Virus record (IMG/VR): IMGVR_UViG_3300035676_000024
Coordinates: 1 to 37,109 of that record
Length of the DNA stretch: 37,109 bases
Reading direction: 5' to 3' (one strand)
Source of the DNA: a virus
Taxonomy: Duplodnaviria > Caudoviricetes
Shown: in pieces, positions 34,046-37,109 of the stretch
Layout of the letters: each line of letters opens with the position of its first letter
How positions within the stretch are numbered: the stretch's first letter is position 1
The notes under the pieces: model-generated
Seen by the model: the letters and a program-made list of their open reading frames with translations, nothing else
Told to the model about the DNA's origin: nothing
Databases searched by the model: none
Translations under genes and position numbers: made by a program

Positions 34046-35047
34046 ATGCCTATTGGTGGCGGTATTCTTCCAGCAACAGGGTCGAGTCAGTTCAATGAAT
34101 TGACTTACGTCACTCGGCGTGCGTTTATCCCTAAGCTGGTTGTTCAACTTTACAACTCGACTCCGCTGATGGCGGCTCTGATTGCAAACAGTCAGCAAGC
34201 CAGCGGTGGTGTGTCGTCCGTGACCGTGCCCGTCCAGGGCGCTCAGTTCGTGAACGCACAATGGTCAGACTACAGCGGCTCGTTCGCTCAACCGTCTGTC
34301 CAGCAGGGCGCTTACAACGCTGAGTATGACCTCAAGCTGATGATTTCTCCTGTGCCGTTCCTCGGCATGGAAGGCGCAGTTCAGCAAGACGCTGCCATTA
34401 TTCCTCTGATCGAGGCGCGTATGAATGACGCGACCAACGTCATGATGGACGCAATGGCTACGGCTCTGTACAACAACTCTACCAACACCCAGCAGTTCAT
34501 CGGTCTGCCTGCTTCTGTGAGCGCTTCTGGCACTTACGGAAACATTGACCGCTCGACCTATAGCTGGTGGCGGTCGAAAGCGTACTCGGCAGGCTCCGTC
34601 AACCCGACCCGTCAGAACATCTTGCAATACATCTCCGGCACTGTGAAGAACGGCGCTGAGATGCCTTCGTTTGGTGTCTGCGGTTTTGGTACTTGGACTC
34701 TGCTGGCTCAAGACTTTGTTGGTCAAGAGCAGTACGTCATCACCCCTGGCTCTGGTTTTGATGGCGACCCCAATGGCCCACAGGCTGCATTCCGCGCCCT
34801 GATGGTTGCCGGTGTGCCGATCTATCCTGACCCGTACTGCCCAGAAGGTACGGTGTACTTCCTGAACACCAACTACCTGTCGCTCTACATCCACGAGCAG
34901 GGTTCGTTTGTGTTCACGGGCTTTGAGTCCACCCTCCCGAACTGGCAAATTGGCTATGTCGGCGCTGTTCTGATGATTGCAGAACTCGTCAACGTCAAGC
35001 CAAAATCCATGTCTGTGGTCAGCGGCTACAACTACCTCTCGCTGTAA
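34046..35047 (+). CDS. Major capsid protein
   Basis: 333 aa, AGGAG RBS, codon usage of a highly expressed gene; YGNIDRSTYSWW and GVPIYPDPYCPEGTVYFLNTNYL motifs typical of HK97-fold capsids. Confidence 0.88.
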   Translation: MPIGGGILPATGSSQFNELTYVTRRAFIPKLVVQLYNSTPLMAALIANSQQASGGVSSVTVPVQGAQFVNAQWSDYSGSFAQPSVQQGAYNAEYDLKLMISPVPFLGMEGAVQQDAAIIPLIEARMNDATNVMMDAMATALYNNSTNTQQFIGLPASVSASGTYGNIDRSTYSWWRSKAYSAGSVNPTRQNILQYISGTVKNGAEMPSFGVCGFGTWTLLAQDFVGQEQYVITPGSGFDGDPNGPQAAFRALMVAGVPIYPDPYCPEGTVYFLNTNYLSLYIHEQGSFVFTGFESTLPNWQIGYVGAVLMIAELVNVKPKSMSVVSGYNYLSL

Positions 35048-35057
35048 GGAGTAGAAA

Positions 35058-35384
35058 ATGTCTCTGTCTACAAACAAAATCATCCTGTCGAACGCAACTA
35101 CCAACACGGCTGGTGCGTATTTCCTGACGACCACTGTTACCGCAGTCAATACCGGCAACGGCACTGTGATTCCGGCTGGCGTGTACCTGATGTTCCCGCA
35201 AGCGAACACCAGCGTTATCGCCTACAACGGAAGCGCAAACGCTACGCTGGTTGCTGCCAACACTGGTGGCGTCATCATGAGCGATGGCGTGAACGTGTAT
35301 GCCAAGTCCACTGCGGCTAGCGATACCGTGACTCTGCTGGCTACCAATGGTGGTCTGAGCGCGTCCGGCACGTACAACACCTGA
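35058..35384 (+). CDS. Putative capsid decoration/minor structural protein
   Basis: 108 aa Thr/Asn/Ala-rich beta protein after the capsid gene; AAGGAG RBS. Confidence 0.65.
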   Translation: MSLSTNKIILSNATTNTAGAYFLTTTVTAVNTGNGTVIPAGVYLMFPQANTSVIAYNGSANATLVAANTGGVIMSDGVNVYAKSTAASDTVTLLATNGGLSASGTYNT

Positions 35385-35396
35385 TAGGAGTCGGTA

Positions 35397-35810
35397 ATGA
35401 ACGCGAATCATGTAGGCGCTCTGTACCCTGACCAGTTCGGCAACTTTGTCGTTGCACAGGCAACCGGCCCGATTTACCTCGGCGCTACTGGCAATGCTGT
35501 TGCTACGCTGGCTCAGAACAACAATAGCAGCTTCATCGTTCGCCGCATTACCGTAGCCAACGCAAATGGTAGTGTTGCTGCTGCAAACGTGACTATTCTC
35601 ACCACCAGTGATGGGAATACGAGCAATGCAGTAAGCAACGCAGCCACCTTGACTACCGTTACCGGAGCCACGAAATTCCAAGACCTGCCGCTTTCAACTG
35701 CGGCAGCGTCTACGGTTTACTCTGGCTCCCTCTACGTGTATGTTGGCACAGCAGCCGCAGCAAACAATGCGGTTGACATCACGGTTTACGGTGACGTTGT
35801 GACGCTATGA
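35397..35810 (+). CDS. Putative minor structural protein
   Basis: 137 aa Thr/Asn/Ala-rich; AGGAG RBS. Confidence 0.65.
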   Translation: MNANHVGALYPDQFGNFVVAQATGPIYLGATGNAVATLAQNNNSSFIVRRITVANANGSVAAANVTILTTSDGNTSNAVSNAATLTTVTGATKFQDLPLSTAAASTVYSGSLYVYVGTAAAANNAVDITVYGDVVTL

Positions 35811-36151
35811 CAGACCTCGTTCATGTGACCAATCGTAGTGATAAGGCTTTGACTTTTGTCTACGCCTTCAAAAGCTACGAGCTTCCGGTGGGCAAGTCAG
35901 TCCAAATCCCGCTCAAAGCGGCAAAGGAAGTGTTCGGTCATGGCGATGTCAACAAGGAACCGTATCTGGCTCACCTGGGCTGGATACGGCTCCACTCTGA
36001 TTTAGAACAAGGAATGGAGAGGCTTGCTCAGTTCATCATCTCTGATGAGCCTCTTATCGAAGAGAACCGCTCGTTACCCTCGGCGGTCGGTGTAGTACCC
36101 CTGCATGTTGAAAAACGTGCCGGGGGAAGCACTCGCCAGCGGGTTGCGTAA
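35807..36151 (+). CDS. Hypothetical protein
   Basis: 114 aa, ATGA overlap. Confidence 0.7.
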   Translation: MTDLVHVTNRSDKALTFVYAFKSYELPVGKSVQIPLKAAKEVFGHGDVNKEPYLAHLGWIRLHSDLEQGMERLAQFIISDEPLIEENRSLPSAVGVVPLHVEKRAGGSTRQRVA

Positions 36152-36166
36152 AAAAATGGAACGTAG

Positions 36167-37012
36167 ATGGCTACTCTTGCTTCCTACCTTACGGAAGTCC
36201 GTAGGCTCTTGCATGATGCCAACGGTGTCTTCTGGTCAGACAATGAGCTGACAGACGACATTAACGCTGCGAGAGAACGCACTGTAAGAGACACTGGCTG
36301 TCTACGTAACCTACAAATCACTTCTACCCCGCTGTCGTCCACAGGCGTAGCGGCAGTAAACTGGGCAGAAGGTCTAGCTGTAAGCACAGGTCAATTTGTC
36401 TTCAGCAACATCTTTATCTACCAAGTCACTAATAACGGTGTGCTTGGTACTACTTCCCCTCCTTACCCGAGTGGGAACAACGTCTACCCGCCTTCCACTC
36501 CGTTTGCAGACGGAACCGCCACTCTTCAGTACGACAGTCCCTGCGAAATAATCAGTCTGTCTGCTCTCCCAGGCGGTACGCAAACGCTGGACGTTTTGAA
36601 CGTCAACATCTTTTGGGGTAATAGCCGAATTCCTCTGCGCTACCTGCCCTGGTCAAACTTCAACGCTCAGTTGCGCTACTGGCAAAACTACGTTGGCAGA
36701 CCCGTGTGTTTTAGCATGTACGGGCAAGGTCAAATCTACATCGGGCCAGTGCCTGACCAAGCCTACCCGTGCGAGATTGACACAGTGATTCTTCCGCAGC
36801 CGCTGTCTTTGTCTGCCACCACTCAGGTAGACGAGATTGTGGACCCCTACACAACGCCTGTAGCTTTCTACGCTGCGTACAAAGCCAAGTACAAAGAGCA
36901 AAGCTACGGTGAGGCTGAAATCTACAAGCAGGAGTACGCCAAAAACGTACAAGCTGCTTTGAACAGCACGTACACGCGCCGTATCCCAGACCCTTACTCT
37001 AATCCTTACTAA
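36167..37012 (+). CDS. Head-tail adaptor/tail tubular protein A-like, with small inserted beta domain
   Basis: TLASYLTEVRRLLHD...WSDNELTDDINAA and IYIGPVPDQAY...FYAAYKAK pattern; precedes the nozzle gene across the join. Confidence 0.7.
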   Translation: MATLASYLTEVRRLLHDANGVFWSDNELTDDINAARERTVRDTGCLRNLQITSTPLSSTGVAAVNWAEGLAVSTGQFVFSNIFIYQVTNNGVLGTTSPPYPSGNNVYPPSTPFADGTATLQYDSPCEIISLSALPGGTQTLDVLNVNIFWGNSRIPLRYLPWSNFNAQLRYWQNYVGRPVCFSMYGQGQIYIGPVPDQAYPCEIDTVILPQPLSLSATTQVDEIVDPYTTPVAFYAAYKAKYKEQSYGEAEIYKQEYAKNVQAALNSTYTRRIPDPYSNPY

Positions 37013-37109
37013 TCATGGCAGCAGCAGAGCAAAAGAAGTCCTATGCTGTCATCAAGAATTTTAAGGGTCTAAACACCAAGGCCAACAGGACAGCAATCGA
37101 CGAGGCAGA
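36983..37109. repeat. Terminal direct repeat, copy 2
   Basis: Identical to 1-127. Confidence 0.95.

Noticed and set aside
34265-35681. Long antisense ORFs (314 aa and 220 aa) opposite the capsid region
   Set aside because: Shadow frames expected from biased codon usage of highly expressed genes; no RBS or protein-like motifs.
36983-37109. 127-bp terminal repeat as a biological DTR
   Set aside because: It spans a gene junction inside the tail operon and equals a common assembler k-mer length, so it is best explained as circular overlap.
1-37109. tRNA genes or stop-codon reassignment
   Set aside because: No cloverleaf/T-loop signature was noticed by eye, and genes pack tightly under the standard code with TAA, TGA and TAG all used as stops. 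A tRNAscan run would still be needed to be certain.

Overview
The window is an apparently complete, circularly permuted tailed dsDNA phage genome of about 36,982 bp. Bases 1-127 are identical to 36983-37109, most likely an assembly overlap. The morphogenesis genes look podovirus-like: portal, scaffold, capsid, tail tubular proteins and ejection proteins, with no tape measure, tube or sheath recognised. A + strand late arm (26867 through the join to 17267) carries terminase large subunit, a DUF5672-like protein, portal, capsid, tail and fibre proteins, four putative ejection proteins, holin, GH108 endolysin, a SAM methyltransferase and several tiny basic peptides. A - strand early arm (26243 down to 17254) carries many small ORFs sharing a GGAKGTTTCC translation-start motif, a YqaJ exonuclease, a RecT-like annealase, an SSB-like protein, an HNH endonuclease, a PD-(D/E)XK nuclease and a GT-A glycosyltransferase-like protein. 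I recognised no DNA polymerase, primase, helicase, initiator, integrase or repressor. The main observations are: (1) a start-less winged-HTH frame that appears fused to RecT by a programmed -1 frameshift at C_CCA_AAG; (2) a ~490-bp promoter-driven, structured non-coding region where a replication gene would be expected; (3) glycan-modifying enzymes alongside N-X-S/T-rich surface proteins; (4) an unannotated secreted six-cysteine miniprotein; (5) several candidate cis-regulatory RNAs. All product calls come from motif recognition by eye, with no database searches.
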